Shown piece by piece: positions 41,987-53,555 of a stretch of DNA of 64,000 bases (the stretch's first letter is position 1; every line of letters begins with the position of its first letter). The notes under the pieces were generated by a model. The model made no database searches. It was not told where the DNA came from and worked only from the letters and a program-made list of their open reading frames with translations. The DNA is from an uncultured Actinomycetes bacterium (lineage in GTDB: Bacteria > Actinomycetota > Acidimicrobiia > IMCC26256 > PALSA-610): contig CAWJBW010000003.1 in NCBI GenBank assembly GCA_963841215.1, forward strand, positions 680,269 through 744,268. Reading direction: 5' to 3'. A program made the translations under genes and the position numbers.

Positions 41987-44229
41987 CTACCCGCCGATCA
42001 AACCGATGAGGGTGGCGTGCTGCACGGCGTCGTGGCGTGAGGACACACCGAGCTTCCGGTAGATGGAGCTGACCTCAGAGCTCACGGTGTTGCGGGAGAC
42101 GAACAGCCGCTCCCCGATCTCGCGAAAGGTCAGGTGCGTCTGCAGGTAGGGGAGCAGGCGCAGCTCCGCGGGCGTGAGCGGCGGCCCGCCGCCGGCTCCG
42201 CTCCCTACGCTCGAGGCGACAACGTCGCGGAACTGCGACACTTCGTCGACGAGGACGCCGAGATCCGGGCGGTGGAGCAGGATGTCGTCGATCTCGCGCA
42301 GCAGGTGACGCGCGGTCGTGTGGTCCGCGTTCGCCCAGTACACCTTCGCCAGTTGCAGCCGGGCCCGCACCGCCATGCCGGGAAGCGCGAACGTACATGC
42401 CGGGCGGGCGCGCATCGCCCGCGTGAGTTGGCGGTTCGCTTCCTGCAGGTCGCCTCGGTGCACCGCCAGCCGTGCTGCGCCGGCGAAGGCGAGCACGCTC
42501 GTCGCGTAGTCGTGCATCCGCTGTGCGTCGATGGCTGCGAGCGCCAACGCGGAGTGCTCGGCCGCCTCGGTCCATTGCCCGCGATCCATCGCCAGCAACG
42601 CGAGCTCGGACTCGCTCACGACGAACGCGTCGGTCGGGGACGCTGCGGACACCCCGGCGGACTCTGCGAACAGCGCGCGCGCCCGTTCGAGGTCTCCGGT
42701 CAGCAGATGCGCCTCGCCGCAGATGCCGAGCGCTTGATCGCGCCATGGGCTCCACGGCGGCTCGGCGGCGATCGCCAGCAGCCCGTCACGCACTGCTTGC
42801 TCGGGACCGGCGGGACACATGAGGCTCCGCAGCATCGCCCGCGCCGAGTCGAACGACGCCGTGCCGTCGACGGGTACTCCTTCGAACGACCGCGGCGTCG
42901 ATGATCGTGGCCCACCGTTGCGCATCGGTGGTGTGTCCGGCCAGGGTCGCGATCCAGCCGGCGAGTACCGCGAGCGGCGGGTACGCCTCGATCGCCGCAT
43001 CACCGAGCGCCGAGAGCCAGCGCTCGACCGTCGACAGTTGCCCGAGGTTGTAGGTCGGGAGCACGAGCGTCGTCACCAGCTGAACGCATCGATCCCGTTC
43101 GCTCGTGTGCAACAAGTGCTCGACCGCCAACGCCGGCGTCCCGTTGGCCTCGTACCAGTCGGCCGCACGCAGGTGCAGCTTCGGGATGACGTCGGGCTCG
43201 ACGCGCCGCAGCTCACCGAGCAGGAACTCACGGAACAGTGCGTGGTAGCGGTACCAGCCGCGTCGCCGGTCGAGCGGTACCAAGAACATGCTGGATGCCT
43301 CGAGCCTGCGCAGCTGCTCGGCGCCATCGGCTTCGTCCAGCAACGCGTCGCAGAGCGGACCCGAGAGTTGGTCCAGCACCGCCGTTCGCCGCAGGAACCG
43401 CTGCGTGGGCTCCGGAAGGCGTATCAGTGCCTCCCGGTACAGGTAGTCGGCGACGTACCGATCATCGCCCGCGACCAACGCCTCGCCGTCGTTGTCCTTC
43501 GCGATCAGCGCCGCGAGGTAGAGGCCGACCGGCCAGCCTTCGGTCCGTTCGGTCACGGCCGCGGTGAACTCAGGCGTGACGGTGAGTTCCGCCGCCGCGA
43601 AGATCTGCTCGGCGCCAGTCGCGTCGAGGGCAAGGTCGCTCGCCGCGAACTCCAACGCGTCGCCCGAAGCCCGCAGTCGGGGCAGGTGCGGCTGCTCGGA
43701 ACGACTCGCTGCGACCAGTTGTGAAGTGCGAGGGATCCCCGAGATCACCACGCCCATCACGTCGTGGCATGCCGGCGACTGCAGTTCGTGGAAGTCGTCC
43801 AGCATGAGCACGAACGGCACCGGGCTCGCTCGGAACACCGATGCGAGACGCGGCGCGGCGCGTCCCAACGGCGACACGCCGATTCCGCGCATGTCGGCGG
43901 TGAGATCGATGCCTGTCCGGCGAGATGCGCGCGTACGCGGATGCCAGCAACGTGAGCAGGACCGACGGATCGTCGTCGAAGCGATCGAGCGACACCCACG
44001 CGACCGGACGGTCCTCCGCTTCCGACCATTCGACGAGCAGGGTTGACTTCCCGTATCCCGCCGGTGCGGTGATGCCCACGACGCGGCACTCGCTCCTCCG
44101 GGCTCGTTCGATCAGCTCGGCACGACTCACCGAACCGGGACGCGGCTGTGGCGGCGAGAGCTTGGCGTCGAGAAGCAGCTCGTCGAGCGCGACATCCGGG
44201 GCCGTCGCCCCGCTCGTGTCCTCGGTCAC
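41987..44229 (-). CDS. large ATP-dependent LuxR-family regulator (MalT/LAL type); frame switches near 43900 and 42870
   Basis: N-terminal P-loop ITAPAGYGKSTLL and Walker B-like FVLMLDDFHEL; central TPR-like region; C-terminal LuxR HTH LTPAELRLLPYLQTHLTFREIGERLFVSRNTVSSEVSSIYRKLGVSSR. Confidence 0.85.
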
Positions 44230-44403
44230 GGACGGATCCTAGAACGGCCGTCGGAACGCTCAATGGCCGTGCGGTGCTCTCGATCGCACCGATTCACACG
44301 ATGTGCGTGATGCGACCACGGCCGCTTCGCGGTTGGATCACACCAATACCAATCGTTCCGGCTCGTGCCGGACGATGCAGAGCCCGACGCGAGGAGATGC
44401 ATC

Positions 44404-44589
44404 ATGTGGTTCGCCTGGGGGCTTATCGGCCTCATTCTGTGGGTTGCGATCGCGTTCTGGCCGGCACGAGTGGCCGCCCGCAAGGGGCACAGCTTCATCG
44501 GGTACTTCCTGCTGAGCCTCCTCTTCTTCCCGCTCGCCCTCATCATGGCGTACGCCGTGAGCGACCGGCGTCCCGACTACGCGTACTGA
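44404..44589 (+). CDS. small two-TM membrane protein
   Basis: MWFAWGLIGLILWVAIAFWPARVAARKGHSFIGYFLLSLLFFPLALIMAYAVSDRR. The start could instead be 44365. Confidence 0.5.
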   Translation: MWFAWGLIGLILWVAIAFWPARVAARKGHSFIGYFLLSLLFFPLALIMAYAVSDRRPDYAY

Positions 44590-44691
44590 GCTTGGAACCA
44601 TGACCAAACGCGCTGCTGCATTCCTCGAGTCGCTGTCGACGCGGGAACGGTCTGCGGAGTTCGAACCGAAGTAGCAATCCGGAGGTGCAGC

Positions 44692-45242
44692 GTGGCCGGC
44701 GACGGACTTCGGTCGACGCAGGCGTGGATCGTCACGGTCGCCGCCGTCCGGGCCGTGCTGTCGGCATCCGTGCTCGTCGCGCTCTACTACGTGTTGCCGC
44801 TCGATCTCGACGACTCCGACGTCTCGACGATCGCGAAGCTGACGCTCGGGGTCTTCGCGTTCGTCGGACTGATGACGTGGAACGTCCGTGCGATCACCCA
44901 GTCGGACAATCCCGGTTGCGCGCGCTCGAGGGCCTCATGGTCGTGGTGCCGCTCTTCCTTGTGCTGTTCGCGGCGGCGTACTACGTGATGAGCCAAAACG
45001 ACGCGGCGAACTTCACATCGCCGCTGGCCCGCAGCGACGCGCTGTACTTCACGGTGACGATCTTCTCGACCGTCGGGTTCGGCGATATCAGCCCGCAGTC
45101 GGAATCGGCGCGGCTCGTGGTCAGCGCGCAGATGATCCTCGACTTGATCATCCTCGGTGCCGGAGTGCGCATCATCCTCAATGCAGTTCAACGCGGACGG
45201 GACCGACTTGCGGACGAACCGCGCGTCGATCCCGCGTCCTGA
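44692..45242 (+). CDS. potassium channel family protein (2TM type, TVGFGD pore); one frame switch near 44925
   Basis: GTG 44692 after GGAGG; pore YFTVTIFSTVGFGDISP flanked by TM helices. Confidence 0.8.
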
Positions 45243-45356
45243 CGGCCAACGCTGGAGCTCGCCAATCCGCGAGTTTCACCTTCTTTATGTGATGGCACGA
45301 AGCCGCCGTCGCGGTTTCATCGACAGACAGTTCACGAGCACCTGAGGGGTTCGAAC

Positions 45357-45776
45357 ATGGCGAATGCACCGGCTTCGACGAGGCAACCAAGTGGCGCGGC
45401 GATCGGTTGGACCTACTTCGCGGCGACGATGATGATCCTGATCGGCTCGTTCCACGCGATCGTGGGGCTCGTCGCGATCATCGACGACGAGTTCTACGTC
45501 ACGACGCGCAACTACGTCCTTCAGTTCGACGCGACGCAGTGGGGCTGGATCCACCTCATCCTCGGCATCGTCGTCGCCGTAGCCGGCGGCTACCTGCTGA
45601 CCGGGTCGGTGTTCGCCCGCACGATCGGCGTGATCATGGCGTTCATCAGCGCGCTCGCCGGCTTCGCGTGGCTGCCGTATGCACCCGTGTGGGGTGTGAT
45701 CTTCATCGCGATCGCAGTGAGCGTGATCTGGGCGCTCACGGCGCACGGACGTGACGTCGTCGCCGACTACGAGTGA
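45357..45776 (+). CDS. conserved four-TM membrane protein (DUF7144-like, tentative)
   Basis: Intact 139 aa: GWTYFAATMMILIGSFHAIVGLVAIIDDEFYV...WGWIHLILGIVVAVAGGYLLTGSVFARTIGVIMAFISAL. Confidence 0.7.
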   Translation: MANAPASTRQPSGAAIGWTYFAATMMILIGSFHAIVGLVAIIDDEFYVTTRNYVLQFDATQWGWIHLILGIVVAVAGGYLLTGSVFARTIGVIMAFISALAGFAWLPYAPVWGVIFIAIAVSVIWALTAHGRDVVADYE

Positions 45777-46449
45777 CCCGTCGAGGCCTGGAGCCGGCGT
45801 CGTCGACAGCCGAGATCGGATATCGCGTCGCAAGCGACGGGGTCACGTCGGGCGCATCGGAGGAATTACGCCCGGCGAGTAGTTCCGCCGGAAGTATGGG
45901 AGCGCATGATCGTGGTCACGCAAGGCCCGGGTCGCGATGACGAGGGTCATCGATCCCCAGGACCCTGCGCAGCCGGCTCGCGGACGGTCGGCCGGATCGA
46001 ATTGGGATGATGCGCGGCTGTAACACCTGACCAAGATGATGCCAGCGTGCACTGTTCACGACCACCCGCCGGTCGGCCTCGGTCCGAGCGGGCGAGGCGT
46101 TTCGGCCTTTGCGATCACCGCCAGTGCTCGAGGATCGAGACGACCAGCGGGCTCGAGGCAGGACCATCGTGCGATGCAGTGATCCGTCGACAAGGCGCCT
46201 GCTGCGCCGCCCCGGGTCGGGCATCTGTGAACTGTCGGGAGGATCGTCACGCGTCCGCTCACCGACCGCGTGACACGGTGCCGCCGTGAGCATGCCGAGA
46301 TCGCGCTCGCTATGGTTGAAGAACTGCGGCATGAACGGACCGTTCGCCGCGTCACTCGCGGGAAGCCGTCGCAAGCGGTTCTCAGACGAGTCACTGTACA
46401 GACAATCGAGCACGGAGAGTCTGAACGCGGACAGCCCACTGGAGGCGCT

Positions 46450-47847
46450 ATGACGTCCAATGAGATCGTCACGGACTACTTGGTCATCGGTGCGGGCGCA
46501 GCCGGGATGGCGTTCACCGACGCGCTGATCACCGAATGCGAGGCCGACGTCGTGATGGTCGACCGGCGCCACCGGCCCGGCGGCCACTGGAACAACGCGT
46601 ATCCGTTCGTGCGGTTGCATCAGCCCTCGCCGTTCTACGGCGTGAACTCGCGCGTGCTCGGTAACGACACGATCGACGAGGCCGGCCCGAACGCGGGTTT
46701 CTACGAGCGCGCAACCGCGGCGGAGATCTGCGATTACTTCGCACGCGTGCTCGACGAGACGCTTCTGGCGTCGGGCCGCGTTCGCTTCTTCGGGATGAGC
46801 GACTACCTCGGCGAGACCTCGGGCGAGCACAAGTTCGTCTCGCGCCTCACCGGTGACGCGACGACCGTGCGCGTGCGGCGCAAGGTCATCGACGCGACAT
46901 ATCTGGAAACGCCGATCCCCTCGACCCACACGCCGTCGTTCGTCGTAGACCCCGAGGCGCGATTCATCCCGGTCAACGATCTGGTCACGTTGACGGAAGC
47001 CGCGCGCGGCTACACGGTCATCGGCGCCGGCAAGACCGCGATGGACGCGTGCATCTGGCTCCTCGACAACGGCGTGCCACCCGACGCGATCCGGTGGATC
47101 CGACCACGCGACGCATGGTTGATCGACCGGAAGTACAACCAGCCGCTGCAGCTCGTGTCGTTGCTGATGGAGGGACTCGCGCGTTCCAACGAGGCGGCGG
47201 CCGAAGCGGAGGATGTGGATGATCTGTTCCGCCGGCTCGACGCGTGCGGGCAGTTGCTGCGCATCGACGCGAACGTGACGCCGACGATGTTCAGATGCGC
47301 GACCGTGAGCGAGGGCGAGCTCGAGCGACTGCGCACGATCGAGCACGTCGTGCGCAAGGGCCACGTGGTGAACGTCGGGACCGGCGAGATTGCGCTTGAT
47401 GAAGGATCGATCCCGACTGACGGCGGTCAGGTCCACGTCGACTGCACGGCGGCGGGGTTGCGCGTGTCACCTCCTCGTCCGATCTTCGAAGAAGACCGCA
47501 TCACGTTGCAGCAGGTTCGGATCTGCCAGCCCACGTTCAACGCCGCGCTCGTGGCGTACATCGAGGCAACGAGTAGGGACGACGTCGAGAAGAACCGTCT
47601 CTGCCCCCCGAACCCGTATCCGACCGCGGCGGAGGACTGGATCGACAACAACCTGATCTCGATGCGCGCCCAGGCCACATGGAACGGCGAGCCCGACCTC
47701 ATGGCATGGATGGAACAGTCTCGCCTCAACATCGCTCGCGGGATCGGCGATCACATCGCGGAACCTGCGATGCAGTCTGCGCTCACGAGATACGGCAAGT
47801 ACGCCGCGCCGGCCATCGCCAACCTCGAGAAGTTGCAGGTCAGGTGA
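46450..47847 (+). CDS. FAD/NAD(P)-binding oxidoreductase (putative flavin monooxygenase)
   Basis: ATG 46450 after GGAGG. N-terminal dinucleotide fold DYLVIGAGAAGMAF and a second GxGxxA (YTVIGAGKTAMDA). Intact 465 aa. Confidence 0.8.
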   Translation: MTSNEIVTDYLVIGAGAAGMAFTDALITECEADVVMVDRRHRPGGHWNNAYPFVRLHQPSPFYGVNSRVLGNDTIDEAGPNAGFYERATAAEICDYFARVLDETLLASGRVRFFGMSDYLGETSGEHKFVSRLTGDATTVRVRRKVIDATYLETPIPSTHTPSFVVDPEARFIPVNDLVTLTEAARGYTVIGAGKTAMDACIWLLDNGVPPDAIRWIRPRDAWLIDRKYNQPLQLVSLLMEGLARSNEAAAEAEDVDDLFRRLDACGQLLRIDANVTPTMFRCATVSEGELERLRTIEHVVRKGHVVNVGTGEIALDEGSIPTDGGQVHVDCTAAGLRVSPPRPIFEEDRITLQQVRICQPTFNAALVAYIEATSRDDVEKNRLCPPNPYPTAAEDWIDNNLISMRAQATWNGEPDLMAWMEQSRLNIARGIGDHIAEPAMQSALTRYGKYAAPAIANLEKLQVR

Positions 47848-48003
47848 CTGCGGAACCGCTCACGGCAACGACTGACATCTCTAGGCAGCGAACTGACGAA
47901 CACCCGAGGATGGAGCGGGTCATGATCGATGAGCTGACTGTCGATGCACTGAACCCAGTGACGTAGACGATTCGGGGGATCGGGACCGAAGCGATCCCCG
48001 GCT

Positions 48004-48240
48004 CTAACGCAGCGTCTCCAACACCCGCGGCCGCCGCGCCAGATCGCGCACGGCACCAACGCGCGCGAGGAACTGCCGACCGAACCGCGTCAGGTTCGAC
48101 TGCTCCAGATCAGCAGACCGCGCGGTGAGGGGCCGCATGAACCACTCGTCGCCGAAATCGTCGAATCCCGTCGCAGCGACCGCCGCGTCACGGATCGCCC
48201 CCGCCCCCGCGCCTTCCACGAGTGGATCCTCATTCGCCAT
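48004..48240 (-). pseudogene. N-terminal fragment of a sulfotransferase-family-like protein (tentative), 3'-truncated
   Basis: MANEDPLVEGAGAGAIRDAAVAATGFDDFGDEWFMRPLTARSADLEQSNLTRFGRQFLARV... resembles the non-catalytic N-terminus of actinobacterial sulfotransferase-family proteins but stops after about 79 aa. No PAPS-binding region follows. Confidence 0.35.
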
Positions 48241-48367
48241 CTGGTCGGCGTCAAAGCGGCGCAGCCGCCCGTCCCCGCTCGGGAGTCGTTCCGAGAACGA
48301 TCTCGGGAGTCGCACGCGCGCCCGGTACCGTGCTTCTCCCATGTCTGCCCGAGCGAGGCCCTGAACG

Positions 48368-50083
48368 ATGGTCACGAGCCTCAGCTCACCGGATCGCAAG
48401 TTGTATCGATGGCAGTTCGACGCGCTCGTTTCGTGGGTGCGCTGCGGGCGCCGCGGGGTCATCGAAGCGGTCACCGGCTCGGGCAAGACCGAAGTCGCGA
48501 TCGCGGCCGCGTCCGATGCGTTGCGACGCGGTCGCTTCGTCCTCGTGCTCGTTCCTTCGCGTGTGCTCATGCAGCAATGGCACGCGGCGTTGCGCGCCAC
48601 GCTGCCGGATGTGCGCATCGGACGCCTCGGCGACAACGGACGCGAGACCGCGGAGACCTGCGACGTGCTCGTCGCGACCCGCCATTCGGCGGCGGCCTAC
48701 AAGCCGATCCCGCCGAGCGCGGCCGGCGGACTGCTCATCGCCGACGAATGTCACGGCCTCGGCGGCACGACGCTGCGACGGGCGCTGCTCCCCGAGTACG
48801 AGGAACGGCTCGGGCTCACCGCGACGCTCGAGCGCAGCGACGACGCCGTCGCCGAACTGCTCCTGCCGTTCTTCGGCGGCGTTTGCTACCGGTATGGATT
48901 CGAGCAAGCGATCGCCGACGGCGTGTGCGCCCGCCCACGCGTCGCGTTCGTGGGCGTGCCGCTCTCGGGCGAGGAACGCGCGGAGTACGTCGAGGTCGAG
49001 CACCGACTCGTGCGCGCGCGACAACATCTGCGCGGCGTCCGAGACATGCCGCTCGAACCCTTTGGCGACTTCCTCGCCGCGGTCGCGCATCTGGCAGAGC
49101 GAGACGGGGGCGCCGACGGTCGGGCGGCGCGCGATTACCTCGACGCGTTCTCCAAGCGGCGCCAGATCGTGGCCCAGTCGACCGGGAAGTACGACCTGTT
49201 GGGCAGCCTCGCCCCGGCGATCAAGGACGCGGAGGGCGCGCTCGTGTTCACCGAGACCGTGCGCGCCGCGAATCACGCGATCAACCGGCTCGATCCGCTC
49301 GTCGCGGTGGAACTGATCACGGGTTCCACCCCGCGGGGGCAACGGCGCGAGATCCTCGACGATCTCCGGGTCCGCACGCTCGATGCCGTTGCCGCGCCTC
49401 GCGTGCTCGACGAGGGCATCGATGTGCCGGACGCCAACCTCGGCGTCGTGATGAGCGCGAGCCGGACCCGACGGCAGATGATCCAGCGAATGGGCCGCAT
49501 CCTGCGCCGAAAGCGCAGCGGCGTCGCCGCGCGCTTCGTGATCATGTTCGCCGAGGACACGCTGGAGGACCCGAGCAACCGATTCGAACGTGACGGCTTC
49601 CTCGACGAGATCGAACGCATCTCCGAAGGTTTGGGGGTCTTCGACAGCACCAAGTTCGAGGCGCTCGACGTGTTCCTCGCGGCGCCGGGACCATCGGTGG
49701 TCCCCGAACCCGAGTACGTCGAGCACGAGGGTGGTGCCATCGACCCGCGCGTCGGCGTCGAGGTCGCATACGCGCTGCTGGCCTTCACGAACCGTCAGCA
49801 CATGGATCACGCTCGGATCACGGACCTGCAGCGACTGGAGCCGCGACTCCCGAAGCCGACCGAGGCCGCACCTCAGTATCTCGAGCTCTCGCTCTCGAAC
49901 CTCCCACCCGTCGCGACTCCCAAGGTTGCGCCCAAGCGGCTGTCGACGGGTGAAGTGGCGCTCGAGATCGCGCGTGTGGGCGACGCGTGGCGCATCAGCT
50001 GCACCGGATGCGGCGAGGCATCACCCCTTGTGCAGTTCCGTTGGCAGGTGCTGGACCAGACCGTGCATTGCCGCTGCGGCTGA
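48368..50083 (+). CDS. SF2 DEAD/DEAH-box helicase, XPB/ResIII-like, with Cys-rich C-terminal tail
   Basis: Intact 571 aa: motif I AVTGSGKT, motif II IADECH, motif III LTATLER, motif VI QRMGRILRR. C-terminal ISCTGCGEASPLVQFRWQVLDQTVHCRCG (CxxC...CxC). Confidence 0.85.
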   Translation: MVTSLSSPDRKLYRWQFDALVSWVRCGRRGVIEAVTGSGKTEVAIAAASDALRRGRFVLVLVPSRVLMQQWHAALRATLPDVRIGRLGDNGRETAETCDVLVATRHSAAAYKPIPPSAAGGLLIADECHGLGGTTLRRALLPEYEERLGLTATLERSDDAVAELLLPFFGGVCYRYGFEQAIADGVCARPRVAFVGVPLSGEERAEYVEVEHRLVRARQHLRGVRDMPLEPFGDFLAAVAHLAERDGGADGRAARDYLDAFSKRRQIVAQSTGKYDLLGSLAPAIKDAEGALVFTETVRAANHAINRLDPLVAVELITGSTPRGQRREILDDLRVRTLDAVAAPRVLDEGIDVPDANLGVVMSASRTRRQMIQRMGRILRRKRSGVAARFVIMFAEDTLEDPSNRFERDGFLDEIERISEGLGVFDSTKFEALDVFLAAPGPSVVPEPEYVEHEGGAIDPRVGVEVAYALLAFTNRQHMDHARITDLQRLEPRLPKPTEAAPQYLELSLSNLPPVATPKVAPKRLSTGEVALEIARVGDAWRISCTGCGEASPLVQFRWQVLDQTVHCRCG

Positions 50084-50258
50084 ACAAATTCTTCCGTCGG
50101 GCGATGTTCGATGCCGACGACGGGCAGGTCCACGCAGTTATCCTGCAATCGAGCCGCACTGCGTGCGCTTCGTCGTCGCCCTGTGCATGTAGTGCCGCAA
50201 TCGGGCCTGTCGCCCGGTCTTCTTCGAGGATGCACGTCGTGTCATCCGTCAGGTTCTC

Positions 50259-53200
50259 ATGGAGATGCATGAGCGATTCGGTGGGATGGGTCGCCGCCCC
50301 CAGGCGGCGATCGTGCGATCACGTGGTGGATCCGTGACTCCGCGCGCCCGCGTCCAGAAGGTTGCTCCGTGGCAGTTCGACGAATACGTCCTCGCGGACG
50401 CCGACGGCGACGCCACGCCCGACCAGCGCGCAGTGCTCGAGGCTGATCCGGCGGCTTGGCGCGTTTCACTGCAGGCGAGACTGCGCGAGGCGGAGGAGAA
50501 CTTGAAGAGCTCCCGATCGCTGACGGGCGACGAACGCGCACAAGTCATGGCAGACCTCGACCTCGAGGTGCAGCGGTTGAAGTCGGCGTTGGCTCGGCAG
50601 AATCGAGAACCGGCGGGCGCGGCCAATCAGCGTCGCGCCCGCGCGGCTCGGGACGTGAAGCTGCACCGCGAACGCAGCCCACCGGGCGAACGCAGCTGCA
50701 GGTGTCTTGGGAACCCGGACGTGTCGTGGCATGGGCGGGTGGCCCACGCGCGCCGGTCGGAGACAGTCAAGAGGTCCGCGCGATGCTCACCGCGAGCGGC
50801 GGACCAGCATCGGGTTGGAGCCCCCACCCGCCGGTTCCGTTGTCGGGTGGAGTCAACGCTGACGCGTTCGCGATTCCAGTTGGCGACGTGTTGGGATGGC
50901 TCGTCGCAGCCGGCGCCGATCAGGTCGGTGACAACATCGGGTCGAGCGTTCGCTGGTTGGGACAGGTGGCGATCTGGGCGGTGGAGCTCACGGCGCGCGG
51001 CGCGATGGTGCCGCAGCTCCGGCGGCGCACGCGCCGAAGCTCGACGGCGAGCGACTCGAACGGTTCGTTCTCAGTGCGCTGGATGCCGGCTCTGATCGAC
51101 GTGCGGCGCCTCGATCGCATCGCCAAGAGGATGCCGGGGAGCGTGCGCGTCCTCGACCGGAAGGTGGACGCGCGAGCGCTGACCCGTTCGGCGCTCACCG
51201 GCATGGTCGACGCGATCTGCCGCGACGGCGCCCGTCGGGTCGAAGTTCCTGCGCCACCGCCCCGCGTTCGGACCGCAAGTGACGTCGCGGAGGCGTTCTT
51301 GGGTCGCCTCGACGGCAGTGCGTTCGACGCACCGGTGACAGATTGCGGGTGAGCTGGTCGCGCGACTGGAGCGTTGGAGTCGGCTCGTCACGGAGCCTCA
51401 CGCGCGATTGATCGTTCAGCTCGACGCGCCAGACGATGGCGGTGCGTGGCGTGTAGCGGTGAGCGCGGCCGGCCCGCGGGGTACGCCGATGTCGATCGAG
51501 CAGGCGATCGTCATGGCGAAGTCGAATCGACCGCACCTCGAAGCCGAGATGGCGCGCCTCGAGCGAATGCTTCCGGTGTTGCTGCGTCCGGGCGAGCTGC
51601 GGCGCGGCCAAGTGATCCTGAGCGCCGACGAAGCATGGGACCTGATGGCGACGACCGGTCCTCGGTTGGTCGCCGCCGGCTTCGACGTTCGTGTGCCGCA
51701 AATCTCGCGGCGTCGTAGCACGCCGTCACTGCGAGTCTCCGTGGAGAGCGTGTCCGAATCTGTCGTCGGCGCCAACCAACTCGCGAATGTCCGCTGGTCG
51801 GCGTTGTTCGACGACGTCGAACTCACCGCGGCCGACATCGCGCGATTGGCGAAGGAAGCGCGACCGCTGATCCGGACGGGAGGTCGGTGGGTTGCAATCG
51901 AGCAGGTTGATCTCGAGGCCGCAGCCGAAGCGCTCGCCCAACGCGACACTGCGCAGCTGTCGGGTGCGGAGATGTTGCGCCTCGCACTCGGCCTCGACGA
52001 CTCACCCCTCTCGGGTCGGATCTCGATCGAGGGTGGTGGGTGGGCGGCAGATCTGCTCGCGGCCGCCGAGAAGGTTGCGAGCGAGCCCGCGCGTACCCCG
52101 AAGGGATTCGTCGGCAAGCTCCGCAGCTATCAGGCCGAGGCGCTCGCGTGGTTGGGATTTCTCGACTCGGTCGGGCTGGGCGGTTGCCTCGCCCTCGACA
52201 TGGGTCTCGGCAAGACGCCGACGATGCTTGCCCACCTGCTGGCCAAGGCCGCGGACGGCCCGACGTTGGTGATTGCGCCGCCCGCCGTCGTCGGCAACTG
52301 GGTCGCGGAGGCCGACCGCTTCACACCGGGTTTGCGGGTCGTCGTGCACCACGGCGCGAACCGCGCCGCGCCAGACGACATCGCGGCCGAGATCGTCGAT
52401 GCCGATGTCGTCGTGACCACGTACGGAACGGCGGTGCGCGACGTCGACGCGATCGCCGCGGTCTCGTGGGAGCGCGTCATCCTCGACGAGGCGCAGGCGA
52501 TCAAGAATCCGGCGAACGATACGTCGCAGCAACTGCGAACGATCCCCGCGCGCACGCGCATCGCGCTGACCGGAACACCAATCGAAAACGGCCTGGGTGA
52601 TCTCTGGGCGATCTTGGACTTCACGAATCCTGGTCTCGTCGGCGCTCGCTCGCAGTTCATCGCTCGCCTCGGGAGCGATAGCAATGCGACGCGCGTCGAG
52701 GCCGAGCAAGCAATGCGCGCGCTCAACGGAATCCTCGTGTTCCGGCGCACGAAGGCCGAGCCGGAGATCGCGGCCGAGCTTCCCGACAAGATCGACGAGC
52801 TCGACCACTGCGCGATGACGACCGAACAGATCGGTATGTATCAGGCGGTACTCGACACGCTCGTCACCGGTTCGGATCTCGCGGAGCACGAGAAGCCGCG
52901 CAAAGGCCAGATCCTCGCCGCGATCACCGCGCTCAAGCAGATCTGCAACCATCCCGCGGCGTATCAGGACGATGGCCGGCCGCTCTCGGGACGCTCGGGG
53001 AAGCTTGCGCGCCTCGAGGAGATCGTCGATGCGGTGTTCGCGGCCGGCGAAAAGGTGTTGGTGTTCACGCACTTCGCCGAATGGGGCATGAAACTCGCGG
53101 AACACCTCTCGTCCCGCACGGGAACGCCGGTGGCGTGTTATCACGGCGGCATTTCCCGTACAGCACGTGATCGCATCATCGATGACTTCCAGAGCCGCGA

Positions 53201-53555
53201 AGGCCACGGCGCGCTGGTGCTGTCGTTGAAGGCCGGGGGCACGGGCTTGAACCTCACCGCCGCGAGCCACGTCGTGCTCTACGACCGCTGGTGGAACCCC
53301 GCGGTCGAGGATCAAGCGCGCGACCGAGCGTGGCGCATCGGCCAGACCAGCACCGTGATCTCGCACCGGCTCATTTGTCCGGGGACGGTCGACGAGCGCG
53401 TCGAGGAGGTCGTTGCCGGCAAGCGTCGCATCGCCGACTTGGTGCTGCCGAAGTCGAGTTCGCTCGCCGACCTCGACAGCGGACAGCTGCGCGTCGCGCT
53501 CGGGATCCGTCCTGACGCGGTGCTCACTGACGACCTCACGGGAGCGCGCCTGTGA
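50259..53555 (+). CDS. SNF2-family helicase with long bacterial SNF2-associated N-terminal region (HelZ-like); frame switches near 50670 and 51345
   Basis: SNF2 core: LRSYQAEALAWLGFL, LALDMGLGKT, VILDEAQAIKN, LTGTPIENGLGDLWAILDF, LKQICNHP, VLSLKAGGTGLNLT, WWNPAVEDQARDRAWRIGQ. The N-terminal about 650 aa lie in ORFs 50259.., 50456.. and 51408... The start is uncertain (50259 or a downstream GTG). Confidence 0.85.

Noticed and set aside
47975-47999. Hairpin GGGGATCG-N9-CGATCCCC between the convergent flavoprotein gene and the truncated gene, as a terminator
   Set aside because: The stem is only 8 bp and there is no U-tract on either strand. This is insufficient to call an intrinsic terminator.
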